From Porphyromonas sp. (lineage in GTDB: Bacteria > Bacteroidota > Bacteroidia > Bacteroidales > Porphyromonadaceae), in assembly GCA_030532365.1 (NCBI GenBank), contig JAUNLH010000002.1:22656-86655 (forward strand): 64,000 nt of DNA, in the 5' to 3' direction. Position numbers and translations under genes: made by a program. Under the pieces are notes generated by a model. That model saw only the letters and a list, made by a program, of their open reading frames with translations. It did not search any database and was not told the origin of the DNA. This document shows, piece after piece, positions 1 through 9,183 of this stretch. How positions within the stretch are numbered: the first letter of the stretch is position 1; the number at the start of each line of letters is the position of its first letter.

Positions 1-278
1 GCTTTCATGGCAAGGAGCTCCAACCGCTCTCCCAGGTTGCCAAAAGTCATGAGTGAGGCCAATAATATCGACAGTATCAGAGCTAGTGGAGTTGCCGTCA
101 TCGAGGCGTAGAAGAGCAGCTTGAGGAAGACGAGTGCATCGATCCCCTTTCCCACCAGATCCCCTACATAAAACCATAGCATCTGCATCACCAAGATAAA
201 GAGTGTCACTACAAAGCTGATGAGCAGTAGTGGCACAAAGGTCTTGATGATGTATTTATATAGCTTCTTAAGCCCCAC
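1..278 (-). CDS. LptF/LptG-family (YjgP/YjgQ) permease, N-terminal part only; the gene runs off the left edge of the window
   Basis: Not in the ORF track (GTG start, truncated). Reverse-strand translation from GTG at 276-278 reads (M)GLKKLYKYIIKTFVPLLLISFVVTLFILVMQMLWFYVGDLVGKGID...LASLMTFGNLGERLELLAMK. This looks like the typical N-terminus and first TM helices of LptF/LptG permeases. Confidence 0.5.
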   Translation of the reverse strand, partial: MGLKKLYKYIIKTFVPLLLISFVVTLFILVMQMLWFYVGDLVGKGIDALVFLKLLFYASMTATPLALILSILLASLMTFGNLGERLELLAMK

Positions 279-301
279 AGTGTTACAGTCAGACCTCTTG
301 C

Positions 302-682
302 TTAGCGTGCAAGGGGTAGGATCTCAATCCAATATCCATCGGGGTCGCTGATGAAGTAGAGCCCCATGTCATGATTTTCGTAACATATCACTCCCATATC
401 TCTGTGATACTCACGCCACTCATCATAGTCCCCCTCGACCCTCATGCAGAGATGGTACTCTAGATCCCCCAAGTTGTAAGGCTCAGTACGATCACGTAGC
501 CAGGTGAGCTCTAGCGTGAAGCCAGTCGCACTATCACCCAGGTACACAAGGATGTAGGAGCCGTCTGTGGCCTCCTTGCGACGCACCTCCTTAAGTTCGA
601 GGGCCTTTTCATAGAAGTCGATACTCCGCTGAAGGTCAAGTACATTGAAGTTAAAGTGGTCAAATCTTGTCTTTAGTTCCAT
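302..682 (-). CDS. VOC-family protein (glyoxalase I / lactoylglutathione lyase-like)
   Basis: 126-aa ORF. FDHFNFNVLDL..SIDFYEKAL near the N-terminus and DPDGYWIEI near the C-terminus are the paired VOC-fold signatures. Confidence 0.75.
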   Translation of the reverse strand: MELKTRFDHFNFNVLDLQRSIDFYEKALELKEVRRKEATDGSYILVYLGDSATGFTLELTWLRDRTEPYNLGDLEYHLCMRVEGDYDEWREYHRDMGVICYENHDMGLYFISDPDGYWIEILPLAR

Positions 683-688
683 GATATC

Positions 689-1186
689 CTAGTCTATGCT
701 GTACGAGGGATCTTCTCCCTCTAGTTTGAAGCGTATGCGCCATCTGTGCTTCTCGGGCAAGTAGTCGTGTGAGTAAAGGACCATCCTCCCACACTCCTTT
801 GTCGAAGCCACATGGTCACCGATACAGAGACAGGTGTCGTAATCGCCCACCTTCGCTATACGTACTGCCTGAGAGGCATCCTCGGGGATACGACTTAGGT
901 CTACTCCGTACTTAGAAGCCTCAGCTTGAGTCGTCACTTCAAAGGTTACTGGAAGATCCTGCATGAGCACTGCATTCACCTCATCTTCGAGTCTTTGAGC
1001 ATCCTCATCTGTGGGCTCCCAGTCTACTGAGAAGTCCATCCTTGACTTCATGCGTTCGATATGAGTGCCTACACTTCTCCCAGTGCCAAAGAGCTTCACC
1101 ATCGCTCCATTGATCACGTGCTCCACAGTGTGCATGGGTGGGTACTCCTTCTTGTCGTGAGCGTTAAAGTGTACTTTCTCAGCCAT
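689..1186 (-). CDS. AlaX-type alanyl-tRNA editing domain protein (tRNA_SAD)
   Basis: 165 aa. Carries the zinc-binding HxxxH (HTVEH) and CxxxH (CIGDH) motifs of the Ala/Thr-tRNA synthetase second additional domain. Confidence 0.7.
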   Translation of the reverse strand: MAEKVHFNAHDKKEYPPMHTVEHVINGAMVKLFGTGRSVGTHIERMKSRMDFSVDWEPTDEDAQRLEDEVNAVLMQDLPVTFEVTTQAEASKYGVDLSRIPEDASQAVRIAKVGDYDTCLCIGDHVASTKECGRMVLYSHDYLPEKHRWRIRFKLEGEDPSYSID

Positions 1187-1204
1187 CGGATTGTAGGGCT
1201 AAAG

Positions 1205-2107
1205 TTAAAGTGTAAAGCTCTGACGACCTATGAGATAGCCATCTGCGAAGAGCTCCACCCGATAGGTGCCCTCTACGAGAAACTCCTCAATGTCCCAGTA
1301 CATGGTCACCGGTATTGCCTCGCCTGCATACTCTACCTGGCGAGAGATCGAGTAGGGCACCTGACCACCCTCGAAGGGCATGGTACCACTGATAGCAGGT
1401 TGGGAAAGCAGAGTATCGTCTGGCTTGATGATCCTCATGTAGATCTCCTTGAATCCCGGCTCTGCAGTCACATTTTGGTCGAGTTGGAAAGTAAACTCCA
1501 GCTGCCTCATATTACGTATGCGATTGGTCTCACGTCCTCGTGAGTTGAGCCCCCTCTGACGAAAACCGGATACTGTGAGCTTAGCTGCTAGCTCTACCTG
1601 CTCAGTGAGCCGCTCTTTCTCCCGTCTCAGCTGGCTACGCTCTGAGGAGACACGCGAGATCTCCTGCCGTACCTGCTGGTTCTCAGCACGTAATTGCTCA
1701 TTTGCCGCATTGAGTGAGTCGATCTGCACTACATAGCTCTTGAGGATGCTTCGTAGTGTATCAAGCTCTCTTCTTAGCTCTGCTATCCTCCTGGCGTTGG
1801 TGCTCTTGACGGTTTGTAGCTCCTCCATCAGGCGTTGCACCTTTGCTTGCTCTGATGCCAGCTGGTATGCAAGTGAGTCGTTGCTGACTTCAAATTTATA
1901 TCCCTCGTACTGCAGAGATAGCTCATTGTACTCCTCGGTCAGCATCTGTTTTTCCAGCTCGGCGAGCTGCTGCATCTCCGATATCTGCTCCCTCTGGTTA
2001 AGTATGAGGTAGGCACCCGCGCCGATGAGGAGGAGCAGTACTATGCCCCCGACGATCATCAGCGCTTGCTTGCGCCTCTCCTTGTCTGCGTTAGAAGCTT
2101 CTTTCAT
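1205..2107 (-). CDS. Membrane-anchored coiled-coil protein, function unknown
   Basis: 300 aa with one N-terminal TM helix (ALMIVGGIVLLLLIGAGAYLIL). A roughly 150-aa heptad-rich Q/E/L/R segment follows, then a beta-rich C-terminal domain. No motif recognised. Confidence 0.6.
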   Translation of the reverse strand: MKEASNADKERRKQALMIVGGIVLLLLIGAGAYLILNQREQISEMQQLAELEKQMLTEEYNELSLQYEGYKFEVSNDSLAYQLASEQAKVQRLMEELQTVKSTNARRIAELRRELDTLRSILKSYVVQIDSLNAANEQLRAENQQVRQEISRVSSERSQLRREKERLTEQVELAAKLTVSGFRQRGLNSRGRETNRIRNMRQLEFTFQLDQNVTAEPGFKEIYMRIIKPDDTLLSQPAISGTMPFEGGQVPYSISRQVEYAGEAIPVTMYWDIEEFLVEGTYRVELFADGYLIGRQSFTL

Positions 2108-2115
2108 CTTGCCTC

Positions 2116-2796
2116 TTAGTTGGAAAGTGTCTTAAATCTTTTACCATCCCACAAGTAGCTGATCCCATCCTCTTTTAGGAGGTTAGGAACTGTGGGAAAC
2201 TGGAGCTGGAGTATCGGCTCATCGAAGGAGGTTACCCTTATCGATAGGATCGGAAGCTCCTCTGCATAGTGAGCCTCGTAGGAGAGTGCTCCGCTTGTGG
2301 TGAGTGCCCGCTTCACGTCACGCTGCTCTACATTCTCAGGGTCGACAAAAAAGTCTTGAGTCTCCGGAAGGTCGATTATCCCATTTAGGTTCACCTCGAG
2401 CCAGTCTGCTCCGTAAAACTTAACCACTGACTGGCGGGGCGTGACCATGCTTGTGACGATCATACTAATGTAGTGCCCACTGGTAGACCTTTTGAGCAAC
2501 TTTAGCTCTACGTTCGTGTCTGCATCTAGCTTAAAGCGGAGGTACGAATGACTCATCACCTCGATCTCGCATTGCCCCCCTAGGAGGTTCATGGTCGGCT
2601 TACCCACCTCTCCCTCTCCGCGAGTGCCCTCGTAGTTGCTCACCATACTCTGCTTCGTGTTGCTATTGAGTAGCGGAAAGACATATTCAGGAGCTTCGAG
2701 AAATGCCTTTCTGACACTCAAGCCCTTCTGAGCAGAGAGCTGGGCAGAGTAGAGAAATAAGATGCCTACAAGTATGATTGTTGCCCTGCGGTTCAT
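2116..2796 (-). CDS. Secreted hypothetical protein
   Basis: 226 aa with a signal peptide (ILVGILFLYSAQLSAQ). Its start overlaps the stop of the upstream GH125 gene in an ATGA arrangement. No catalytic motif recognised. Confidence 0.6.
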   Translation of the reverse strand: MNRRATIILVGILFLYSAQLSAQKGLSVRKAFLEAPEYVFPLLNSNTKQSMVSNYEGTRGEGEVGKPTMNLLGGQCEIEVMSHSYLRFKLDADTNVELKLLKRSTSGHYISMIVTSMVTPRQSVVKFYGADWLEVNLNGIIDLPETQDFFVDPENVEQRDVKRALTTSGALSYEAHYAEELPILSIRVTSFDEPILQLQFPTVPNLLKEDGISYLWDGKRFKTLSN

Positions 2797-4226
2797 AGAT
2801 TATTTAGAAGCTCTAGCTTACCCTCATCTATCAGTCTGAGTATCAGCTCCCCAAAGAGGGAGTTTTGCCAAGCAAACCAGCTACGAGTGAAGTTGGTGGG
2901 ATCGTCCTTATGAAACGACTCGTGCATAAAGCCGGTCCCAGCATCGGTATCCATCAGCATCTTTACGCACATTGCTATCTCCTCGTCGCACTGGCTGGTG
3001 AAGGCTCTCATCATGATACTCATGGGCCAGACCATATCGTAGCCGATGTGCGGACCGCCTATGCCCTCTCCGGCAGTACCACGGAAGAAGTAGGGGTTAT
3101 CCTCACTGAGGACAAACCGGCGGGTATTCTGGTAGATCGCGTCATCCACTGCCACGTCACCGAGGTATGGCAGGGCAAGGAGGCTAGGTACGTTGGAGTC
3201 ATCCATTAGGTTGTGGTTGCCGTAGCCGTCTACCTCAAAGGCGTAGATCTCGCCATACTTCGGATGATCGTAAACTGCGTACTCACGAAGCGCCTGCTCT
3301 ACCTCATCAGCTAGAGCTAGCATCTCATGGGCGAGCGCTGGCTCATCGTTTACAGTTGTGAGGATCTCTGCAGCTTTGCGAAGGCTAGTAACGGCAAAGA
3401 AGTTGCTCGGGATCAGGAATTGGAAGTGGGTGGCATCGTCAGAAGGGCGAAATGAAGAGACAATCAGACCCACAGGGTTTACCGGCTCACCCCAGCCCAT
3501 ATTGGACTTTGAGTCGGTGCTTCGCTCGGTAACGCGCATAAACTGGTACGAGCCACGCCCCTCCTTGCGTTGCTGGTCTTTGAATGTTGCCAGTGTAAGA
3601 CGCATGGCAGTGACAAAGGTGTCGTCAAAGATGGAGGTGTCACCTGTCACCTTCCAGTACTCGTGGGCAAGCCTAATGGGGTAGCAGTGCGAGTCGATCT
3701 CCCATTTGCGCTCGTGCACTCCTGGCTTCATGTCTGTTAGGTCGTCCTTCCAAGGGCCCATCACCTCTTCTTGGATAAAGGCATTGGCAAAGGGGTCTTT
3801 GATGATCTGCTTGAGCTGCATCCGCACTGTACCCGCTATCATCTGCTTGATGGCTGGGTCGATATTGGCATATCTCAGGTATGGCCACACTTGTGCTCCG
3901 GAGTCGCGTAGCCACATCGCTGCGATGTCACCGGTGTAGACAAAGGTCTCCGGTTGTCCCTCCTCGTCGATGCGGAAGTGTACCGTCGTGTCGATCGTAT
4001 TGGGCAAGCAATTGCCAAACATCCAGCTGAGCTTGGGGTTTGTGAGCAGGCCCTGCACCCTTACGATGTCTGCCTCTACTGCCTTTGAGGTAAAGAGGCG
4101 CTCCTCCAGAGGAGGTCTCTGACTGGTATAGTGCTCTTGTGCTATGGCATGAGGTGCGATAAATGATGTTGTAGCAATGATCACCCCGGCGATGGTGCTA
4201 CGGAGTACTTCTCCAAATGGTCTCAT
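2793..4226 (-). CDS. Glycoside hydrolase family 125 (DUF1237; metal-independent exo-alpha-1,6-mannosidase-like)
   Basis: 477 aa with a signal peptide. TGDIAAMWLRDSGAQVWPYL and EIDSHCYPIRLAHEYW match the conserved GH125 blocks as I remember them. Confidence 0.75.
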   Translation of the reverse strand: MRPFGEVLRSTIAGVIIATTSFIAPHAIAQEHYTSQRPPLEERLFTSKAVEADIVRVQGLLTNPKLSWMFGNCLPNTIDTTVHFRIDEEGQPETFVYTGDIAAMWLRDSGAQVWPYLRYANIDPAIKQMIAGTVRMQLKQIIKDPFANAFIQEEVMGPWKDDLTDMKPGVHERKWEIDSHCYPIRLAHEYWKVTGDTSIFDDTFVTAMRLTLATFKDQQRKEGRGSYQFMRVTERSTDSKSNMGWGEPVNPVGLIVSSFRPSDDATHFQFLIPSNFFAVTSLRKAAEILTTVNDEPALAHEMLALADEVEQALREYAVYDHPKYGEIYAFEVDGYGNHNLMDDSNVPSLLALPYLGDVAVDDAIYQNTRRFVLSEDNPYFFRGTAGEGIGGPHIGYDMVWPMSIMMRAFTSQCDEEIAMCVKMLMDTDAGTGFMHESFHKDDPTNFTRSWFAWQNSLFGELILRLIDEGKLELLNNL

Positions 4227-4242
4227 GTCGTCTTGTAGTATG

Positions 4243-5676
4243 TTATTTCTGAGTTAGATAATCCAGATCCTTAAGTTCTGGGGTCACTAGTATCGCTATC
4301 TGCTCACCCCCTCTAGAGATCTCGAAGACCAGCTCTTTGACGATCGGTGAGTTGATATAGGTACGGTGGCTAAATAGATAGCTAAATGCCGCCTTGTACT
4401 TAGGCTTCTGTATGGCATCTGCCACCTTGAGGTATCGGTCTACCCTCCAGTACATATTTTGTTTCAGCCCATTGTCGCTAGGGAAGACGGTGTCGGCATT
4501 GCGATATTTCCAGGTGTCTTCGATAAACTCCTTGTATGCCTCAGTCATACGATCTACAGAGCTGTCGAGAGGTAGTCCGTTGATGGCTTGTATGATGTCG
4601 CCTGCTTTGATCCCGGCTTTATCCGCTGGGCTACCCTGGTCTACCCATGCCACCTGCTGTAGGTTGTCCATGTCGTAGTAGATGCCGGTGTAGCGATAGC
4701 TGTTTTTGTGTAGTAGGAAGATGGGGTTCATCACGTACCTCATCATTGGGAAGTTTGCCAGCATCAGGGGTGCAAATGCCTGAGCATAGCTGTCGGTTCT
4801 GTAGGAGTCATTGAGCTTCTCGCGTGCAGTGACGCCCCACACCTGCTCCCCAGTCTTAGACTTCAGGAGTGCCACATCGATCACGAGTAGATGGGTACCG
4901 GAGAATGAGGGGGAGTTAACGCTGAGAAATGGATACTCTGCCATCTTGCCAGTTGTCCCACTAGCTCTGTAGTTGTGCAGCCCGTCATTGATGTCGACCT
5001 CCTCACCAGCTCGGTAGTGGGGGTTTTGCTGTAGGGCGTGCTTTACTATCACTGTCAGATCGCCACCGGTGGCTACCTGCTGGAGCCCTTTCTTGGTCAG
5101 CTCTTTGGCTATCTCCCGCTCTACGCTGTCAAGCGTCTGGGTGTCGAAGGAGAATGTCTTGTAGTTGAGGAAGCTCTCCTTGGTAGGTAGAGAGTAGGTG
5201 AATGGCATCGTAAAGCGGCGATCCACTACATCCTCTAGACTGTACATATTGAAGGCTGCTGCCACCTGAGACTCCCCTAGTGCTCGCGATGGTCGGCACT
5301 CTTTCTTGAGGATCACTCTCTGCTCAGGTGTGCCGATCCTGCTGATGGTCAGCTCTACTTGCTCCTTGGTCGGGTCTAGGAGTGTATTGATGAGGGTCTC
5401 CTCGTTGATGACTTGTGTATTTTTGCCATTTACAGTAAGGATGATATCCCCTACGCGCAGTCCTGCTCTGGAGGCAGGAGAGTCGGGCTTTACCTCTGCT
5501 ACGGTAGCAAATGAGTCGCCCCATGACTCTTGATAGCTGATCTGATAGAGCAGACCGAGATCGCATGTAGTCGTTGCGGTGCCTACCCGCTGCGCTTCTG
5601 CTCTATTGCCCCACCCACTGAGCGAAAGAGTCATGAGTAGGATGCTAGTTATAGCGAAAAGTCTATTTTGTTTCAT
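4243..5676 (-). CDS. Secreted protein with two PDZ domains
   Basis: The ORF track gives 4243..5766. I prefer the ATG at 5676 (MKQNRLFAITSILLMTLSLSGWGNRAEAQ, a signal peptide). Two PDZ signatures are present: GLRVGDIILTVNGKN and GIKAGDIIQAINGLP. Confidence 0.7.
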   Translation of the reverse strand: MKQNRLFAITSILLMTLSLSGWGNRAEAQRVGTATTTCDLGLLYQISYQESWGDSFATVAEVKPDSPASRAGLRVGDIILTVNGKNTQVINEETLINTLLDPTKEQVELTISRIGTPEQRVILKKECRPSRALGESQVAAAFNMYSLEDVVDRRFTMPFTYSLPTKESFLNYKTFSFDTQTLDSVEREIAKELTKKGLQQVATGGDLTVIVKHALQQNPHYRAGEEVDINDGLHNYRASGTTGKMAEYPFLSVNSPSFSGTHLLVIDVALLKSKTGEQVWGVTAREKLNDSYRTDSYAQAFAPLMLANFPMMRYVMNPIFLLHKNSYRYTGIYYDMDNLQQVAWVDQGSPADKAGIKAGDIIQAINGLPLDSSVDRMTEAYKEFIEDTWKYRNADTVFPSDNGLKQNMYWRVDRYLKVADAIQKPKYKAAFSYLFSHRTYINSPIVKELVFEISRGGEQIAILVTPELKDLDYLTQK

Positions 5677-5717
5677 ATCATACAAGCCACTCCCCTGACT
5701 GAATTGTCGATCAAGCA

Positions 5718-5725
5718 CAAATATA
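5718..5725 (-). promoter_or_regulatory. Candidate Bacteroidota sigma-A -7 box (TATATTTG) for the PDZ gene
   Basis: The reverse complement of 5718-5725 is TATATTTG, an exact match to the TAnnTTTG consensus. It lies 42 nt upstream of the ATG at 5676. Confidence 0.35.
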
Positions 5726-5945
5726 CACAAAAAGCAGGCAGTGACCCCCTTTGAGTGGTTTCCCAATAATAAGAAAGATTAAATCGCAGCTCCTCTTGAC
5801 GATCAATAGGTCGCTTATTAGATTTGCGCAAGTGTGATTGTCAAAAAACATGCATCTCGGGTCTTCATGCTCGTCCCCCTGGTAGCAAAGTTGGATCTTT
5901 AGTGGATGCTTGTATTTATACGGGTTCTGAACTTGTCGGCGTGCT

Positions 5946-6055
5946 ACCTCCAAACTAAGAAAATCTAAGTTCCCAACTTAGGTGTGTCGAAGTTCCCAAC
6001 TTAGTGCAATCGAAGTTGGGAACTTAAGTAGATCGAAGTTGGGAACTCCGATATC
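5946..6055. repeat. Brick array A: leader plus four 23-bp phased palindromic units
   Basis: The units are TCTAAGTTCCCAACTTAGGTGTG / TCGAAGTTCCCAACTTAGTGCAA / TCGAAGTTGGGAACTTAAGTAGA / TCGAAGTTGGGAACTCCGATATC. Cores start at 5967, 5990, 6013 and 6036. The leader ACCTCCAAACTAAGAAAATCTAAGTT starts at 5946. Confidence 0.85.
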
Positions 6056-6081
6056 CTTAAGTGCCATCTGCCGTAAAGTGT

Positions 6082-6118
6082 AAATAGAATTGCTCCTTGC
6101 TCTTTTGTGCAAGGGAGC
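6082..6118 (-). terminator. Candidate intrinsic terminator after the gldE-like/PPTase genes
   Basis: The minus strand reads GCTCCCTTGC-ACAAAAGA-GCAAGGAGC (9-bp stem with one bulge), followed by AATTCTATTTAC. It lies 48 nt after the stop at 6166. Confidence 0.4.
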
Positions 6119-6165
6119 TCTAGCAAGGGTGATCTTTCGGGAACTCCTGCTTCCTGCCTAGCCGC

Positions 6166-6780
6166 TCAGATAAGTGGCTCATCCTGAGAGATCCAACGGA
6201 TGGGGAGGGGGGTGCTGTGGGGAGTCGTGTAGGTGAGGAGTGCCCCGTTAGGGAGCTGATGGTACCGCACGAGTATGCTTGTCTCAGGACCTTCGCTTGG
6301 CTGGATATGGATAGAGACTGCTTCAGAAGTTGCATTGGTAAGGGTGAGCTGACTGCTAAAGCGTGTGATCTGCTTTGAGTATGCCTTGTAGGCGGCCTCC
6401 TTGGCACACCAGAGAAGTAGGGGAGACAGCCCGAAGCTCTTTAGCAGTTGTCGCTCGATCGCAGTGCTGTACCGCACTAGTAGTCGAGCCGCTTGATCTT
6501 CTTTCTCCTCTATATCGATACCAAAGTGTGCCTCCCTCTCTGCGACTAGTCCGATGGCTACGAGGTGATCGGAGTGTGAGATGCTGATGGTCTGCTCTGG
6601 GTACTTCGGTAGGTAGGGAGCACCAGAGGGGTGATGGGCGAGGGCGGGTGCCGCGTGTGTGATGCTCTTGAGGAGCTCACTTACCGCCATCCCCTCGCTC
6701 TCCTGCGGATCGCGATAGCTGATGAATATGCCCTCGGGTAGTGTGAGGTTAGGATCGTGCATCATCGTGATCCTTGGCAT
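6166..6780 (-). CDS. 4'-phosphopantetheinyl transferase superfamily protein
   Basis: 204 aa with the GIDIEE and WCAKEAAYKA motifs of the PPTase (ACPS) fold. Its 5' end overlaps the 3' end of the upstream gene. Confidence 0.7.
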   Translation of the reverse strand: MPRITMMHDPNLTLPEGIFISYRDPQESEGMAVSELLKSITHAAPALAHHPSGAPYLPKYPEQTISISHSDHLVAIGLVAEREAHFGIDIEEKEDQAARLLVRYSTAIERQLLKSFGLSPLLLWCAKEAAYKAYSKQITRFSSQLTLTNATSEAVSIHIQPSEGPETSILVRYHQLPNGALLTYTTPHSTPLPIRWISQDEPLI

Positions 6781-8122
6781 TGGCTTCTCTGTCAGTGGAG
6801 GAGGGGTCGCCAGGGATGAAGAGGACTTTGCTGATACGGCGGCGCCCCATTTCGAGGATCCGGAAGGTGTGGCAGTCGATCTTGATCTCCTCGCCTGCTA
6901 CGGGGAAGTCTCCCTTAGCTTCGAGCAGAAGTCCTCCGACCGTATCCACCTCTTCGAGCTTACTCGCTATCTCCTGGAAGTCTTGTAGCTTGGCGACACG
7001 CAGGAAGTCGATGAGAGAGATCTTGGCATCCATGACGATCGTGCCGTCATCATTGATCTTGTAGAGCTCCTCCTCGTCATCGTATTCGTCTTCAATCTCT
7101 CCGAAGATCTCCTCCAGTAGGTCCTCCATCGTAACTAGTCCGCTGGTGCCGCCAAACTCGTCCACAACGATTGCCATGTGGATCTTCTGCTGGCGAAACT
7201 CCTCGAGTAGGGTATTGATCATCTTGGACTCAGGGACAAAGAAGGCATCGCGTATCAAGGACTGCCAATGGTAGTCCTCGGGCTGGCTGAGGTGCGGTAT
7301 GAGGTCCTTGGCGTATATGATACCCTTGATATTATCGATGTGGTCGTCGTAGACGGGGATGCGAGAGTAGCCCTTGTCTTGGATAAACTCTTTGACCTCG
7401 TTGAAGGGGGTGTCGTACTCTAGCCCTGCGATGTCGATGCGAGGAGTCATCACCTCACTGGCACTCTTTTGATAGAAGCGCACAATCTCCTTGAGCAGAC
7501 CCTTCTCCTCTACGTCATCGGTGGTTAGGTCGATCGCCTTGTGTAGCTCCTCGGCAGTTACCTCCTCTGAGGGGCTCCTCTGAAATGGCTTTGCTGCCCA
7601 GTCTCCTAGGCGTACGAGCCCTTTTGTGAATGGCTTGAGCGCACTCATAAGTCCAGCGGTAGCGCCAGAGAGGCGCCGTGCCATGGTGATTGCGTTTTTC
7701 TGGAAGTATATCTTTGGTATCACCTCAGCGAAAAGGAGTATCAGGAAGGTGATGGCCACCACCTGGAGCAAGAAGCCGACGACTGGGGAGTTGGAGAAGT
7801 CGAAAGTCTGTGTGACAAAGTACTCAGAGAGCATGACGATAGCCGTATTGACGAAGCTATTGCCGATCAGTATAGAGCCTAGAAAGTAATTGGGGTTGGA
7901 GAGGATGTCGAGCACTAGCTCGTCTCTCTTGTCATTGCTCTTGCGTAGCTCGTCTAACTGGCTTGGGGATAGGGAGTAAAAGGCAGTTTCGGTACCTGAA
8001 AATAGCGCACTGAAGATCAAGCAGAGGAGTATCAGGAGCAGTGCTGTGATACTGCTGAAAGTGAGGGGGTAAGTGACTACGCCACTAAAAATGCTCGATA
8101 AGTAGGGGTCTGGTATATCCAA
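6749..8122 (-). CDS. CNNM/DUF21-CBS-CorC_HlyC membrane protein (GldE-like, annotated 'hemolysin' type)
   Basis: 457 aa with an N-terminal 4-TM DUF21 region, a CBS pair ([20 protein letters not shown]) and a C-terminal CorC domain. Apparent TTG start at 8122. It sits downstream of ssb, as gldE does in Bacteroidota. Confidence 0.75.
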   Translation of the reverse strand: MDIPDPYLSSIFSGVVTYPLTFSSITALLLILLCLIFSALFSGTETAFYSLSPSQLDELRKSNDKRDELVLDILSNPNYFLGSILIGNSFVNTAIVMLSEYFVTQTFDFSNSPVVGFLLQVVAITFLILLFAEVIPKIYFQKNAITMARRLSGATAGLMSALKPFTKGLVRLGDWAAKPFQRSPSEEVTAEELHKAIDLTTDDVEEKGLLKEIVRFYQKSASEVMTPRIDIAGLEYDTPFNEVKEFIQDKGYSRIPVYDDHIDNIKGIIYAKDLIPHLSQPEDYHWQSLIRDAFFVPESKMINTLLEEFRQQKIHMAIVVDEFGGTSGLVTMEDLLEEIFGEIEDEYDDEEELYKINDDGTIVMDAKISLIDFLRVAKLQDFQEIASKLEEVDTVGGLLLEAKGDFPVAGEEIKIDCHTFRILEMGRRRISKVLFIPGDPSSTDREANAKDHDDARS

Positions 8123-8162
8123 GGTCTGACTCTATGCTAGGTTGGGTGGTTGGTGATCGGCG

Positions 8163-8618
8163 CTAGAATGGGATCTCACTATGGTCTTTGGCTAGAGTGT
8201 CGAGATACTTGTCATAGGGAGCAGTGGAGGCTTTCGCTGGGCTGCTTTCTTGCTCCTCCTTGGGCTTCGGCTCCGCGATGACCTCTATCTTCTCGGCTAG
8301 TATCACCGCACTCTTTCGGCGATCTCCTCGATTGGTGCGCCATTGTTGATAGGTAAGTCGGCCCTCTACTCTTACGAGCATGCCCGGGCGGATGCTCAGC
8401 TCTACCTCTTTTGCTAAGTCGCGGTAGCAAAGGATGGAGTGCCAGTCGGTGATCTCTCCGACTACCGGCATCCCCTTGCTGTCGAGCTTGCCTTCGGTAT
8501 TGGTTGCTAGGGAGAAGCGGGCAGAGCAGACTTCCGGATCAATGTACTTGATCTTTGGCTCTTGTCCGACATTACCAACGAGGGTGATGTGGTTGTATGT
8601 CCGATTTTCCTTTCGCAT
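8163..8618 (-). CDS. ssb: Single-stranded DNA-binding protein
   Basis: 151 aa with an OB-fold N-terminus (ITLVGNVGQEPKIKY...WHSILCY) and an acidic/hydrophobic C-terminal tail ending in IPF. Confidence 0.9.
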   Translation of the reverse strand: MRKENRTYNHITLVGNVGQEPKIKYIDPEVCSARFSLATNTEGKLDSKGMPVVGEITDWHSILCYRDLAKEVELSIRPGMLVRVEGRLTYQQWRTNRGDRRKSAVILAEKIEVIAEPKPKEEQESSPAKASTAPYDKYLDTLAKDHSEIPF

Positions 8619-8723
8619 CTCTTAGAGCGTGTGTGTCAACTTACTCGGTGCAAAGTTACTACAAATTGGATACTTATCTCATCCGTTGGCGGGGTGTGCC
8701 TTTGTAGGGCTTCGACTTAGCTT

Positions 8724-9182
8724 CTAGTGGGGTAGGTACTCGTCGTAGCGCTCCCCAAATGCTGCCAACTCGCGGACTAGGGTGCTGCTGACCATCGCAA
8801 GCCGTGGATCAGCTAGGAGAAATAGTGTCTCCACTCCGAAGTGGTTGCGATTGACATCGGCTATAGCACGCTCCTGCTCAAGGTCTGAGGCGGTGCGTAT
8901 GCCGCGGATCAGTACTGCCCCATCGAGTGTAAGAGCGTACTTAGCCGTAATGCCCTCGTGGTGGGTCACGACGATGTGTGGCTCTCCCTCGTAAAGGTGG
9001 CGGATCGTGGCTAGTCGCTCGTCTAGTGGCTGGAAGGGCTGACCCTTATGAATGTTGACGCCTACGACGATATGTAGCTCATCGACAATGGATAGCGCCC
9101 TTCGGACAATATCATCGTGTCCAATGGTGAATGGGTCGAACGAGCCGGCGTAGACCCCTATGTGGTGCTTGCTTCTCTCCAT
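8724..9182 (-). CDS. coaD: Phosphopantetheine adenylyltransferase
   Basis: GVYAGSFDPFTIGHDDIV carries the (T/H)xGH nucleotidyltransferase motif. I prefer the ATG at 9182, one nt after the parE stop; the ORF track extends to 9215. Confidence 0.85.
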   Translation of the reverse strand: MERSKHHIGVYAGSFDPFTIGHDDIVRRALSIVDELHIVVGVNIHKGQPFQPLDERLATIRHLYEGEPHIVVTHHEGITAKYALTLDGAVLIRGIRTASDLEQERAIADVNRNHFGVETLFLLADPRLAMVSSTLVRELAAFGERYDEYLPH

Positions 9183-9183
9183 C

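Noticed and set aside
5946-6055. Could the phased repeat arrays (here and at 14768, 23571 and 40773) be small CRISPR arrays?
   Set aside because: The whole unit is only 22-23 bp. The variable part between conserved cores is about 5-10 nt, far too short for spacers. Cores occur in both orientations within one array, and there are no cas genes anywhere in the window.
8621-8658. Isolated AACTT/AAGTT half-site pairs near promoters that resemble single bricks. One is CTTAG..AACTTACTCGGTGCAAAGTT upstream of ssb. The other is AACTTGCATGCAAAGTT at 40671-40687 upstream of guaB.
   Set aside because: Five-nucleotide half-sites are expected by chance many times in 64 kb. These copies lack the CTAAGTT-NNN-AACTTAG core and the 23-nt phasing. 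They are not reported as family members, though they may be worth including in a genome-wide motif test.
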